Source of the DNA: Balanoglossus misakiensis
Taxonomy: Eukaryota > Animalia > Hemichordata
NCBI GenBank assembly: GCA_040954595.2
Contig: CM082589.2
Coordinates: 1,094,009 to 1,158,008, forward strand
Length of the DNA stretch: 64,000 nucleotides
Direction of reading: 5' to 3'
This document shows positions 1 to 12,800 of this stretch, one piece after another. A model generated the notes under the pieces. The model was not told the DNA's origin. It did no database searches and saw nothing but the letters and a program-made list of their open reading frames with translations. A program made the translations under genes and the position numbers. Each line of letters opens with the position of its first letter. Position 1 is the first letter of the stretch.

Positions 1-3000
1 TCAAACCCCATTTTCCTGAGCTATAACCCATGGTTTTTTCAAAAAATGACCAAATTTCGAAAATTCGCAAAGTCTAAATATCGTCCATTTTCAACATTTT
101 CCTGAGCTATAACCCATGGTTTTTTCAAAAAATGACAAATTTCGAAAATTCGCAAAGTCGAAAAATCGTCCATTTTTCAACATTTTCCTGAGCTATAACC
201 CCATGGTTTTTTCAAAAAATGACCAAATTTCGAAAATTCGCAAAGTCGAAAAATCGTCCATTTTTCAACATTTTCCTGAGCTATAACCCATGGTTTTTTC
301 AAAAAATGACCAAATTTCGAAAATTCGCAAAGTCGAAAAATCGTCCATTTTTCAACATTTTCCTGAGCTATAACCCATGGTTTTTTCAAAAAATGACCAA
401 ATTTCGAAAATTCGCAAAGTCGAAAAATCGTCGATTTTTCAACATTTTCCTGAGCTATAACCCATGGTTTTTTCAAAAAATGACCAAATTTCGAAAATTC
501 GCAAAGTCGAAAAATCGTCGATTTTTCACCATTTTCCTGAGCTATAACCCATGGTTTTTTCAAAAAATGACCAAATTTCGAAAATTCGCAAAGTCGAAAA
601 ATCGTCGATTTTTCACCATTTTCCTGAGCTATAACCCATGGTTTTTTCAAAAAATGACCAAATTTCGAAAATTCGCAAAGTCGAAAAATCGTCGATTTTT
701 CACAATTTTCCTGAGCTATAACCCATGGTTTTTTCAAAAAATGACCAAATTTCGAAAATTCGCAAAGTCGAAAAATCGTCGATTTTTCACCATTTTCCTG
801 AGCTATAACCCATGGTTTTTTCAAAAAATGACCAAATTTCGAAAATTCGCAAAGTCGAAAAATCGTCGATTTTTCACCATTTTCCTGAGCTATAACCCAT
901 GGTTTTTTCAAAAAATGACCAAATTTCGAAAATTCGCAAAGTCGAAAAATCGTCGATTTTTCACCATTTTCCTGAGCTATAACCCATGGTTTTTTCAAAA
1001 AATGACCAAATTTCGAAAATTCGCAAAGTCGAAAAATCGTCGATTTTTCACCATTTTCCTGAGCTATAACCCATGGTTTTTTCAAAAAATGACCAAATTT
1101 CGAAAATTCGCAAAGTCGAAAAATCGTCGATTTTTCACCATTTTCCTGAGCTATAACCCATGGTTTTTTCAAAAAATGACCAAATTTCGAAAATTCGCAA
1201 AGTCGAAAAATCGTCGATTTTTCACCATTTTCCTGAGCTATAACCCATGGTTTTTTCAAAAATGACCAAATTTCGAAAATTCGCAAAGTCGAAAAATCGT
1301 CGATTTTTCACCATTTTCCTGAGCTATAACCCATGGTTTTTTCAAAAAATGACCAAATTTCGAAAATTCGCAAAGTCGAAAAATCGTCGATTTTTCAACA
1401 TTTTCCTGAGCTATAACCCATGGTTTTTTCAAAAAATGACCAAATTTCGAAAATTCGCAAAGTCGAAAAATCGTCGATTTTTCACCATTTTCCTGAGCTA
1501 TAACCCATGGTTTTTTCAAAAAATGACCAAATTTCGAAAATTCGCAAAGTCGAAAAATCGTCGATTTTTCACCATTTTCCTGAGCTATAACCCATGGTTT
1601 TTTCAAAAAATGACCAAATTTCGAAAATTCGCAAAGTCGAAAAATCGTCGATTTTTCACCATTTTCCTGAGCTATAACCCATGGTTTTTTCAAAAAATGA
1701 CCAAATTTCGAAAATTCGCAAAGTCGAAAAATCGTCGATTTTTCACCATTTTCCTGAGCTATAACCCATGGTTTTTTCAAAAAATGACCAAATTTCGAAA
1801 ATTCGCAAAGTCGAAAAATCGTCGATTTTTCACCATTTTCCTGAGCTATAACCCATGGTTTTTTCAAAAAATGACCAAATTTCGAAAATTCGCAAAGTCG
1901 AAAAATCGTCGATTTTCAACATTTTCCTGAGCTATAACCCATGGTTTTTTTCAAAAAATGACCAAATTTCGAAAATTCGCAAAGTCGAAAAATCGTCGAT
2001 TTTTCACCATTTTCCTGAGCTATAACCCATGGTTTTTTCAAAAAATGACCAAATTTCGAAAATTCGCAAAGTCGAAAAATCGTCGATTTTTCACCATTTT
2101 CCTGAGCTATAACCCATGGTTTTTTCAAAAAATGACCAAATTTCGAAAATTCGCAAAGTCGAAAAATCGTCGATTTTTCACCATTTTCCTGAGCTATAAC
2201 CCATGGTTTTTTCAAAAAATGACCAAATTTCGAAAATTCGCAAAGTCGAAAAATCGTCGATTTTTCACCATTTTCCTGAGCTATAACCCATGGTTTTTTT
2301 CAAAAAATGACCAAATTTCGAAAATTCGCAAAGTCGAAAAATCGTCCATTTTTCACCATTTTCCTGAGCTATAACCCATGGTTTTTTTCAAAAAATGACC
2401 AAATTTCGAAAATTCGCAAAGTCGAAAAATCGTCCATTTTTCAACATTTTCCTGAGCTATAACCCATGGTTTTTTTCAAAAAATGACCAAATTTCGAAAA
2501 TTCGCAAAGTCGAAAAATCGTCAATTTTTCAACATTTTCCTGAGCTATAACCCATGGTTTTTTTCAAAAAATGACCAAATTTCGAAAATTCGCAAAGTCG
2601 AAAAATCGTCGATTTTTCAACATTTTCCTGAGCTATAACCCATGGTTTTTTCAAAAAATGACCAAATTTCGAAAATTCGCAAAGTCGAAAAATCGTCGAT
2701 TTTTCAACCATTTTCCTGAGCTATAACCCATGGTTTTTTCAAAAAATGACCAAATTTCGAAAATTCGCAAAGTCGAAAAATCGTCGATTTTTCACCATTT
2801 TCCTGAGCTATAACCCATGGTTTTTTCAAAAAATGACCAAATTTCGAAAATTCGCAAAGTCGAAAAATCGTCGATTTTTCAACATTTTCCTGAGCTATAA
2901 CCCATGGTTTTTTCAAAAAATGACCAAATTTCGAAAATTCGCAAAGTCGAAAAATCGTCGATTTTTCACCATTTTCCTGAGCTATAACCCATGGTTTTTT

Positions 3001-6000
3001 CAAAAAATGACCAAATTTCGAAAATTCGCAAAGTCGAAAAATCGTCGATTTTTCACCATTTTCCTGAGCTATAACCCATGGTTTTTTCAAAAAATGACCA
3101 AATTTCGAAAATTCGCAAAGTCGAAAAATCGTCCATTTTTCACCATTTTCCTGAGCTATAACCCATGGTTTTTTTCAAAAAATGACCAAATTTCGAAAAT
3201 TCGCAAAGTCGAAAAATCGTCCATTTTTCACCATTTTCCTGAGCTATAACCCATGGTTTTTTTCAAAAAATGACCAAATTTCGAAAATTCGCAAAGTCGA
3301 AAAATCGTCCATTTTTCAACATTTTCCTGAGCTATAACCCATGGTTTTTTTCAAAAAATGACCAAATTTCGAAAATTCGCAAAGTCGAAAAATCGTCCAT
3401 TTTTCAACATTTTCCTGAGCTATAACCCATGGTTTTTTTCAAAAAATGACCAAATTTCGAAAATTCGCAAAGTCGAAAAATCGTCGATTTTTCAACCATT
3501 TTCCTGAGCTATAACCCATGGTTTTTTTCAAAAAATGACCAAATTTCGAAAATTCGCAAAGTCGAAAAATCGTCGATTTTTCACCATTTTCCTGAGCTAT
3601 AACCCATGGTTTTTTCAAAAAATGACCAAATTTCGAAAATTCGCAAAGTCGAAAAATCGTCGATTTTTCAACATTTTCCTGAGCTATAACCCATGGTTTT
3701 TTCAAAAAATGACCAAATTTCGAAAATTCGCAAAGTCGAAAAATCGTCGATTTTTCACCATTTTCCTGAGCTATAACCATGGTTTTTTCAAAAATTGACC
3801 AAATTTCGAAAATTCGCAAAGTCGAAAAATCGTCGATTTTTCAACATTTTCCTGAGCTATAACCCATGGTTTTTTCAAAAAATGACCAAATTTCGAAAAT
3901 TCGCAAAGTCGAAAAATCGTCGATTTTTCACCATTTTCCTGAGCTATAACCCATGGTTTTTTCAAAAAATGACCAAATTTCGAAAATTCGCAAAGTCGAA
4001 AAATCGTCCATTTTTCACCATTTTCCTGAGCTATAACCCATGGTTTTTTTCAAAAAATGACCAAATTTCGAAAATTCGCAAAGTCGAAAAATCGTCGATT
4101 TTTCACCATTTTCCTGAGCTATAACCCATGGTTTTTTTCAAAAAATGACCAAATTTCGAAAATTCGCAAAGTCGAAAAATCGTCCATTTTTCAACATTTT
4201 CCTGAGCTATAACCCATGGTTTTTTTCAAAAATGACCAAATTTCGAAAATTCGCAAAGTCGAAAAATCGTCCATTTTTCAACATTTTCCTGAGCTATAAC
4301 CCATGGTTTTTTTCAAAAAATGACCAAATTTCGAAAATTCGCAAAGTCGAAAAATCGTCCATTTTTCAACATTTTCCTGAGCTATAACCCATGGTTTTTT
4401 CAAAAAATGACCAAATTTCGAAAATTCGCAAAGTCGAAAAATCGTCGATTTTTCACCATTTTCCTGAGCTATAACCCATGGTTTTTTTCAAAAAATGACC
4501 AAATTTCGAAAATTCGCAAAGTCGAAAAATCGTCGATTTTTCACCATTTTCCTGAGCTATAACCCATGGTTTTTTTCAAAAAATGACCAAATTTCGAAAA
4601 TTCGCAAAAGTCGAAAAATCGTCGATTTTTCAACATTTTCCTGAGCTATAACCCATGGTTTTTTCAAAAAATGACCAAATTTCGAAAATTCGCAAAGTCG
4701 AAAAATCGTCGATTTTTCACATTTTCCTGAGCTATAACCCATGGTTTTTTCAAAAAATGACCAAATTTCGAAAATTCGCAAAGTCGAAAAATCGTCGATT
4801 TTTCAACATTTTCCTGAGCTATAACCCATGGTTTTTTCAAAAAATGACCAAATTTCGAAAATTCGCAAATTCGAAAAATCGTCGATTTTTCACCATTTTC
4901 CTGAGCTATAACCCATGGTTTTTTCAAAAAATGACCAAATTTCGAAAATTCGCAAAGTCGAAAAATCGTCGATTTTTCAACATTTTCCTGAGCTATAACC
5001 CATGGTTTTTTTCAAAAAATGACCAAATTTCGAAAATTCGCAAAGTCGAAAAATCGTCCATTTTTCAACATTTTCCTGAGCTATAACCCATGGTTTTTTC
5101 AAAAAATGACCAAATTTCGAAAATTCGCAAAGTCGAAAAATCGTCGATTTTTCACCATTTTCCTGAGCTATAACCCATGTTTTTTTTTCAAAAAATGACC
5201 AAATTTCGAAAATTCGCAAAGTCGAAAAATCGTCGATTTTTCACCATTTTCCTGAGCTATAACCCATGGTTTTTTCAAAAAATGACCAAATTTCGAAAAT
5301 TCGCAAAGTCGAAAAATCGTCGATTTTTCAACATTTTCCTGAGCTTTAACCCATGGTTTTTTCAAAAAATGACCAAATTTCGAAAATTCGCAAAGTCGAA
5401 AAATCGTCGATTTTTCAACATTTTCCTGAGCTATAACCCATGGTTTTTTCAAAAAATGACCAAATTTCGAAAATTCGCAAAGTCGAAAAATCGTCGATTT
5501 TTCACCATTTTCCTGAGCTATAACCCATGGTTTTTTCAAAAAATGACCAAATTTCGAAAATTCGCAAAGTCGAAAAATCGTCGATTTTTCACCATTTTCC
5601 TGAGCTATAACCCATGGTTTTTTCAAAAAATGACCAAATTTCGAAAATTCGCAAAGTCGAAAAATCGTCGATTTTTCAACATTTTCCTGAGCTATAACCC
5701 ATGGTTTTTTCAAAAAATGACCAAATTTCGAAAATTCGCAAAGTCGAAAAATCGTCGATTTTTCAACATTTTCCTGAGCTATAACCCATGGTTTTTTCAA
5801 AAAATGACCAAATTTCGAAAATTCGCAAAGTCGAAAAATCGTCGATTTTTCAACATTTTCCTGAGCTATAACCCATGGTTTTTTCAAAAAAATGACCAAA
5901 TTTCGAAAATTCGCAAAGTCGAAAAATCGTCGATTTTTCAACATTTTCCTGAGCTATAACCCATGGTTTTTTCAAAAAATGACCAAATTTCGAAAATTCG

Positions 6001-9000
6001 CAAAGTCGAAAAATCGTCCATTTTTCAACATTTTCCTGAGCTATAACCCATGGTTTTTTCAAAAAATGACCAAATTTCGAAAATTCGCAAAGTCGAAAAA
6101 TCGTCGATTTTTCAACATTTTCCTGAGCTATAACCCATGGTTTTTTCAAAAAATGACCAAATTTCGAAAATTCGCAAAGTCGAAAAATCGTCGATTTTTC
6201 AACATTTTCCTGAGCTATAACCCATGGTTTTTTCAAAAAATGACCAAATTTCGAAAATTCGCAAAGTCGAAAAATCGTCGATTTTTCACCATTTTCCTGA
6301 GCTATAACCCATGGTTTTTTCAAAAAATGACCAAATTTCGAAAATTCGCAAAGTCGAAAAATCGTCGATTTTTCACCATTTTCCTGAGCTATAACCCATG
6401 GTTTTTTCAAAAAATGACCAAATTTCGAAAATTCGCAAAGTCGAAAAATCGTCGATTTTTCAACATTTTCCTGAGCTATAACCCATGGTTTTTTCAAAAA
6501 ATGACCAAATTTCGAAAATTCGCAAAGTCGAAAAATCGTCGATTTTTCACCATTTTCCTGAGCTATAACCCATGGTTTTTTCAAAAAATGACCAAATTTC
6601 GAAAATTCGCAAAGTCGAAAATCGTCGATTTTTCAACATTTTCCTGAGCTATAACCCATGGTTTTTTCAAAAATGACCAAATTTCGAAAATTCGCAAAGT
6701 CGAAAAATCGTCGATTTTTCAACATTTTCCTGAGCTATAACCCATGGTTTTTTCAAAAAATGACCAAATTTCGAAAATTCGCAAAGTCGAAAAATCGTCG
6801 ATTTTTCAACATTTTCCTGAGCTATAACCCATGGTTTTTTCAAAAAATGACCAAATTTCGAAAATTCGCAAAGTCGAAAAATCGTCGATTTTTCAACATT
6901 TTCCTGAGCTATAACCCATGGTTTTTTCAAAAAATGACCAAATTTCGAAAATTCGCAAAGTCGAAAAATCGTCGATTTTTCACCATTTTCCTGAGCTATA
7001 ACCCATGGTTTTTTCTAAAAATGACCAAATTTCGGAAATTCGCAAAGTCGAAAAATCGTCGATTTTTCACCATTTTCCTGAGCTATAACCCATGGTTTTT
7101 TCAAAAAATGACCAAATTTCGAAAATTCGCAAAGTCGAAAAATCGTCGATTTTTCACCATTTTCCTGAGCTATAACCCATGGTTTTTTCAAAAAATGACC
7201 AAATTTCGAAAATTCGCAAAGTCGAAAAATCGTCGATTTTTCACCATTTTCCTGAGCTATAACCCATGGTTTTTTCAAAAAATGACCAAATTTCGAAAAT
7301 TCGCAAAGTCGAAAAATCGTCGATTTTTCAACATTTTCCTGAGCTATAACCCATGGTTTTTTCAAAAAATGACCAAATTTCGAAAATTCGCAAAGTCGAA
7401 AAATCGTCGATTTTTCACCATTTTCCTGAGCTATAACCCATGGTTTTTTCAAAAAATGACCAAATTTCGAAAATTCGCAAAGTCGAAAAATCGTCGATTT
7501 TTCACCATTTTCCTGAGCTATAACCCATGGTTTTTTCAAAAAATGACCAAATTTCGAAAATTCGCAAAGTCGAAAAATCGTCGATTTTTCACCATTTTCC
7601 TGAGCTATAACCCATGGTTTTTTCAAAAAATGACCAAATTTCGAAAATTCGCAAAGTCGAAAAATCGTCGATTTTTCACCATTTTCCTGAGCTATAACCC
7701 ATGGTTTTTTCAAAAAATGACCAAATTTCGAAAATTCGCAAAGTCGAAAAATCGTCGATTTTTCACCATTTTCCTGAGCTATAACCCATGGTTTTTTCAA
7801 AAAATGACCAAATTTCGAAAATTCGCAAAGTCGAAAAATCGTCGATTTTTCACCATTTTCCTGAGCTATAACCCATGGATTTTTCAAAAAATGACCAAAT
7901 TTCGAAAATTCGCAAAGTCGAAAAATCGTCGATTTTTCACCATTTTCCTGAGCTATAACCCATGGTTTTTTCAAAAAATGACCAAATTTCGAAAATTCGC
8001 AAAGTCGAAAAATCGTCGATTTTTCACCATTTTCCTGAGCTATAACCCATGGTTTTTTCAAAAAATGACCAAATTTCGAAAATTCGCAAAGTCGAAAAAT
8101 CGTCGATTTTTCACCATTTTCCTGAGCTATAACCCATGGTTTTTTCAAAAAATGACCAAATTTTGGAAATTCGCAAAGTCGAAAAATCGTCGATTTTTCA
8201 ACATTTTCCTGAGCTATAACCCATGGTTTTTTCAAAAAATGACCAAATTTCGAAAATTCGCCAAGTCGAAAAATCGTCGATTTTTCACCATTTTCCTGAG
8301 CTATAACCCATGGTTTTTTCAAAAAATGACCAAATTTCGAAAATTCGCAAAGTCGAAAAATCGTCGATTTTTCAACATTTTCCTGAGCTATAACCCATGG
8401 TTTTTTCAAAAAATGACCAAATTTCGAAAATTCGCAAAGTCGAAAAATCGCCGATTTTTCAACATTTTCCTGAGCTATAACCCATGGTTTTTCAAAAAAT
8501 GACCAAATTTCGAAAATTCGCAAAGTCGAAAAAATCGTCGATTTTTCAACATTTTCCTGAGCTATAACCCATGGTTTTTTCAAAAAATGACCAAATTTCG
8601 AAAATTCGCAAAGTCGAAAAATCGTCGATTTTTCAACATTTTCCTGAACTATAACCCATAGTTTTTTCAAAAAATGACCAAATTTCGAAAATTCGCAAAG
8701 TCGAAAAATCGTCGATTTTTCAACATTTTCCTGAGCTATAACCCATGGTTTTTTCAAAAAATGACCAAATTTCGAAAATTCGCAAAGTCGATAAATCGTC
8801 GATTTTTCACCTTTTTCCTGAGCTATAACCCATGGTTTTTTCAAAAATGACCAAATTTCGAAAATTCGCAAAGTCGAAAAAATCGTCGATTTTTCACCAT
8901 TTTCCTGAGCTATAACCCATGGTTTTTTTCAAAAAATGACCAAATTTCGAAAATTCGCAAAGTCGAAAAATCGTCGATTTTTCACCATTTTCCTGAGCTA

Positions 9001-9893
9001 TAACCCATGGTTTTTTCAAAAAATGACCAAATTTCGAAAATTCGCAAAGTCGAAAAATCGTCGATTTTTCACCATTTTCCTGAGCTATAACCCATGGTTT
9101 TTTCAAAAAATGACCAAATTTCGAAAATTCGCAAAGTCGAAAAATCGTCGATTTTTCAACATTTTCCTGAGCTATAACCCATGGTTTTTTCAAAAAATGA
9201 CCAAATTTCGAAAATTCGCAAAGTCGAAAAATCGTCGATTTTCACCAATTTTCCTGAGCTATAACCCATGGTTTTTTCAAAAAATGACCAAATTTCGAAA
9301 ATTCGCAAAGTCGAAAAATCGTCGATTTTTCAACATTTTCCTGAGCTATAACCCATAGTTTTTTCAAAAAATGACCAAATTCGCAAAGTCGAAAAATCGT
9401 CGATTTTTCACCATTTTCCTGAGCTATAACCCATGTTTTTTCAAAAAATGACCAAATTTCGAAAATTCGCAAAGTCGAAAAATCGTAGATTTTTCACCAT
9501 TTTCCTGAGCTATAACCCATGGTTTTTTCATAAAATGACCAAATTTCGAAAATTCGCAAAGTCGAAAAATCGTCGATTTTTCACCATTTTCCTGAGCTAT
9601 AACCCATGGTTTTTTCATAAAATGACCAAATTTCGAAAATTCGCAAAGTCGAAAAATCGTCGATTTTTCATCATTTTCCTGAGCTATAACCCATGGTTTT
9701 TTCAAAAATGACCAAATTTCGAAAATTCGCAAAGTCGAAAAATCGTCGATTTTTCAACATTTTCCTGAGCTATAACCCATGGTTTTTTCATAAAATGACC
9801 AAATTTCGAAAATTCGCAAAGTCGAAAAATCGTCGATTTTTCAACATTTTCCTGAACTATAACCCATAGTTTTTTCAAAAAATGACCAAATTT
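1..9893 (+). repeat. 87-bp tandem satellite, left arm (~113 monomers)
   Basis: Consensus TTTTCCTGAGCTATAACCCATGGTTTTTTCAAAAAATGACCAAATTTCGAAAATTCGCAAAGTCGAAAAATCGTCGATTTTTCA(C/A)CA repeats head-to-tail from the first base. Variation is mostly one C/A dimorphism plus homopolymer indels. Confidence 0.99.
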
Positions 9894-12800
9894 TCGACTT
9901 TGCGAATTTTCGAAATTTGGTCATTTTTTGAAAAAACCATGGGTTATAGCTCAGGAAAATGGTGAAAAATCGACGATTTTTCGACTTTGCGAATTTTCGA
10001 AATTTGGTCATTTTTTGAAAAAACCATGGGTTATAGCTCAGGAAAAAGGTGAAAAATCGACGATTTTTCGACTTTGCGAATTTTCGAAATTTGGTCATTT
10101 TTTGAAAAAACCATGGGTTATAGCTCAGGAAAATGGTGAAAAATCGACGATTTTTCGACTTTGCGAATTTTCGAAATTTGGTCATTTTTTGAAAAAACCA
10201 TGGGTTATAGCTCAGGAAAATGTTGAAAAATCGACGATTTTTCGACTTTGCTAATTTTCGAAATTTGGTCATTTTTTGAAAAAACCATGGGTTATAGCTC
10301 AGGAAAATGTTGAAAAATCGACGATTTTTCGACTTTGCTAATTTTCGAAATTTGGTCATTTTTTGAAAAAACCATGGGTTATAGCTCAGGAAAATGTTGA
10401 AAAATCGACGATTTTTCGACTTTGCGAATTTTCGAAATTTGGTCATTTTTTGAAAAAAACCATGGGTTATAGCTCAGGAAAATGGTGAAAAATCGACGAT
10501 TTTTCGACTTTGCGAATTTTCGAAATTTGGTCATTTTTTGAAAAAACCATGGGTTATAGCTCAGGAAAAATGTTGAAAAATCGACGATTTTTCGACTTTG
10601 CGAATTTTCGAAATTTGGTCATTTTTTGAAAAAACCATGGGTTATAGCTCAGGAAAATGTTGAAAAATCGACGATTTTTCGACTTTGCGAATTTTCGAAA
10701 TTTGGTCATTTTTTGAAAAAACCATGGGTTATAGCTCAAGAAAATGGTTTTGAAAAATCGACGATTTTTCGACTTTGCGAATTTTCGAAATTTGGTCATT
10801 TTTTGAAAAAACCATGGGTTATAGCTCAGGAAAATGGTGAAAAATCGACGATTTTTCGACTTTGCGAATTTTCGAAATTTGGTCATTTTTTGAAAAAACC
10901 ATGGGTTATAGCTCAGGAAAATGGTGAAAAATCGACGATTTTTCGACTTTGCGAATTTTCGAAATTTGGTCATTTTTTGAAAAAACCATGGGTTATAGCT
11001 CAGGAAAAAGGTGAAAAATCGACGATTTTTCGACTTTGCGAATTTTCGAAATTTGGTCATTTTTTGAAAAAAACCATGGGTTATAGCTCAGGAAAATGTT
11101 GAAAAATCGACGATATTTCGACTTTGCGAATTTTCGAAATTTGGTCATTTTTTTGAAAAAACCATGGGTTATAGCTCAGGAAAATGGTGAAAAATCGACG
11201 ATTTTTCGACTTTGCGAATTTTCGAAATTTGGTCATTTTTGGAAAAAACCATGGGTTATAGCTCAGGAAAATGGTGAAAAATCGACGATTTTTCGACTTT
11301 GCGAATTTTCGAAATTTGGTCATTTTTGGAAAAAACCATGGGTTATAGCTCAGGAAAATGTTGAAAAATCGACGATTTTTCGACTTTGCGAATTTTCGAA
11401 ATTTGGTCATTTTTGGAAAAAACCATGGGTTATAGCTCAGGAAAATGTTGAAAAATCGACGATTTTTCGACTTTGCGAATTTTCGAAATTTGGTCATTTT
11501 TTGAAAAAACCATGGGTTATAGCTCAGGAAAATGGTGAAAAATCGACGATTTTTCGACTTTGCGAATTTTCGAAATTTGGTCATTTTTTTGAAAAAACCA
11601 TGGGTTATAGCTCAGGAAAATGGTGAAAAATCGACGATTTTTCGACTTTGCGAATTTTCGAAATTTGGTCATTTTTTGAAAAAACCATGGGTTATAGCTC
11701 AGGAAAATGGTGAAAAATCGACGATTTTTCGACTTTGCGAATTTTCGAAATTTGGTCATTTTTTGAAAAAAACATGGGTTATAGCTCAGGAAAATGGTGA
11801 AAATCGACGATTTTTCGACTTTGCGAATTTTCGAAATTTGGTCATTTTTTGAAAAAACCATGGGTTATAGCTCAGGAAAATGGTGAAAAATCGACGATTT
11901 TTCGACTTTGCGAATTTTCGAAATTTGGTCATTTTTTGAAAAAACCATGGGTTATAGCTCAGGAAAATGGTGAAAAATCGACGATTTTTCGACTTTGCGA
12001 ATTTTCGAAATTTGGTCATTTTTTGAAAAAACCATGGGTTATAGCTCAGGAAAATGGTGAAAATCGACGATTTTTCGACTTTGCGAATTTTCGAAATTTG
12101 GTCATTTTTTGAAAAAACCATGGGTATAGCTCAGGAAAATGGTGAAAAATCGACGATTTTTCGACTTTGCGAATTTCGAAATTTGGTCATTTTTTGAAAA
12201 AACCATGGGTTATAGCTCAGGAAAATGGTGAAAAATCGACGATTTTTCGACTTTGCGAATTTTCGAAATTTGGTCATTTTTTGAAAAAACCATGGGTTAT
12301 AGCTCAGGAAAATGTTGAAAAATCGACGATTTTTCGACTTTGCGAATTTTCGAAATTTGGTCATTTTTTGAAAAAAACATGGGTTATAGCTCAAGAAAAT
12401 GGTGAAAAATCGACGATTTTTCGACTTTGCGAATTTTCGAAATTTGGTCATTTTTTGAAAAAACCATGGGTTATAGCTCAGGAAAATGGTGAAAAATCGA
12501 CGATTTTTCGACTTTGCGAATTTTCGAAATTTGGTCATTTTTTGAAAAAACCATGGGTTATAGCTCAGGAAAATGGTGAAAAATCGACGATTTTTCGACT
12601 TTGCGAATTTTCGAAATTTGGTCATTTTTTGAAAAAACCATGGGTTATAGCTCAGGAAAAAGGTGAAAAATCGACGATTTTTCGACTTTGCGAATTTTCG
12701 AAATTTGGTCATTTTTTGAAAAAAACCATGGGTTATAGCTCAGGAAAATGTTGAAAAATCGACGATATTTCGACTTTGCGAATTTTCGAAATTTGGTCAT

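Noticed and set aside
50-90. CENP-B box in the monomer
   Set aside because: TTCG is present, but neither strand fits TTCGnnnnAnnCGGG.
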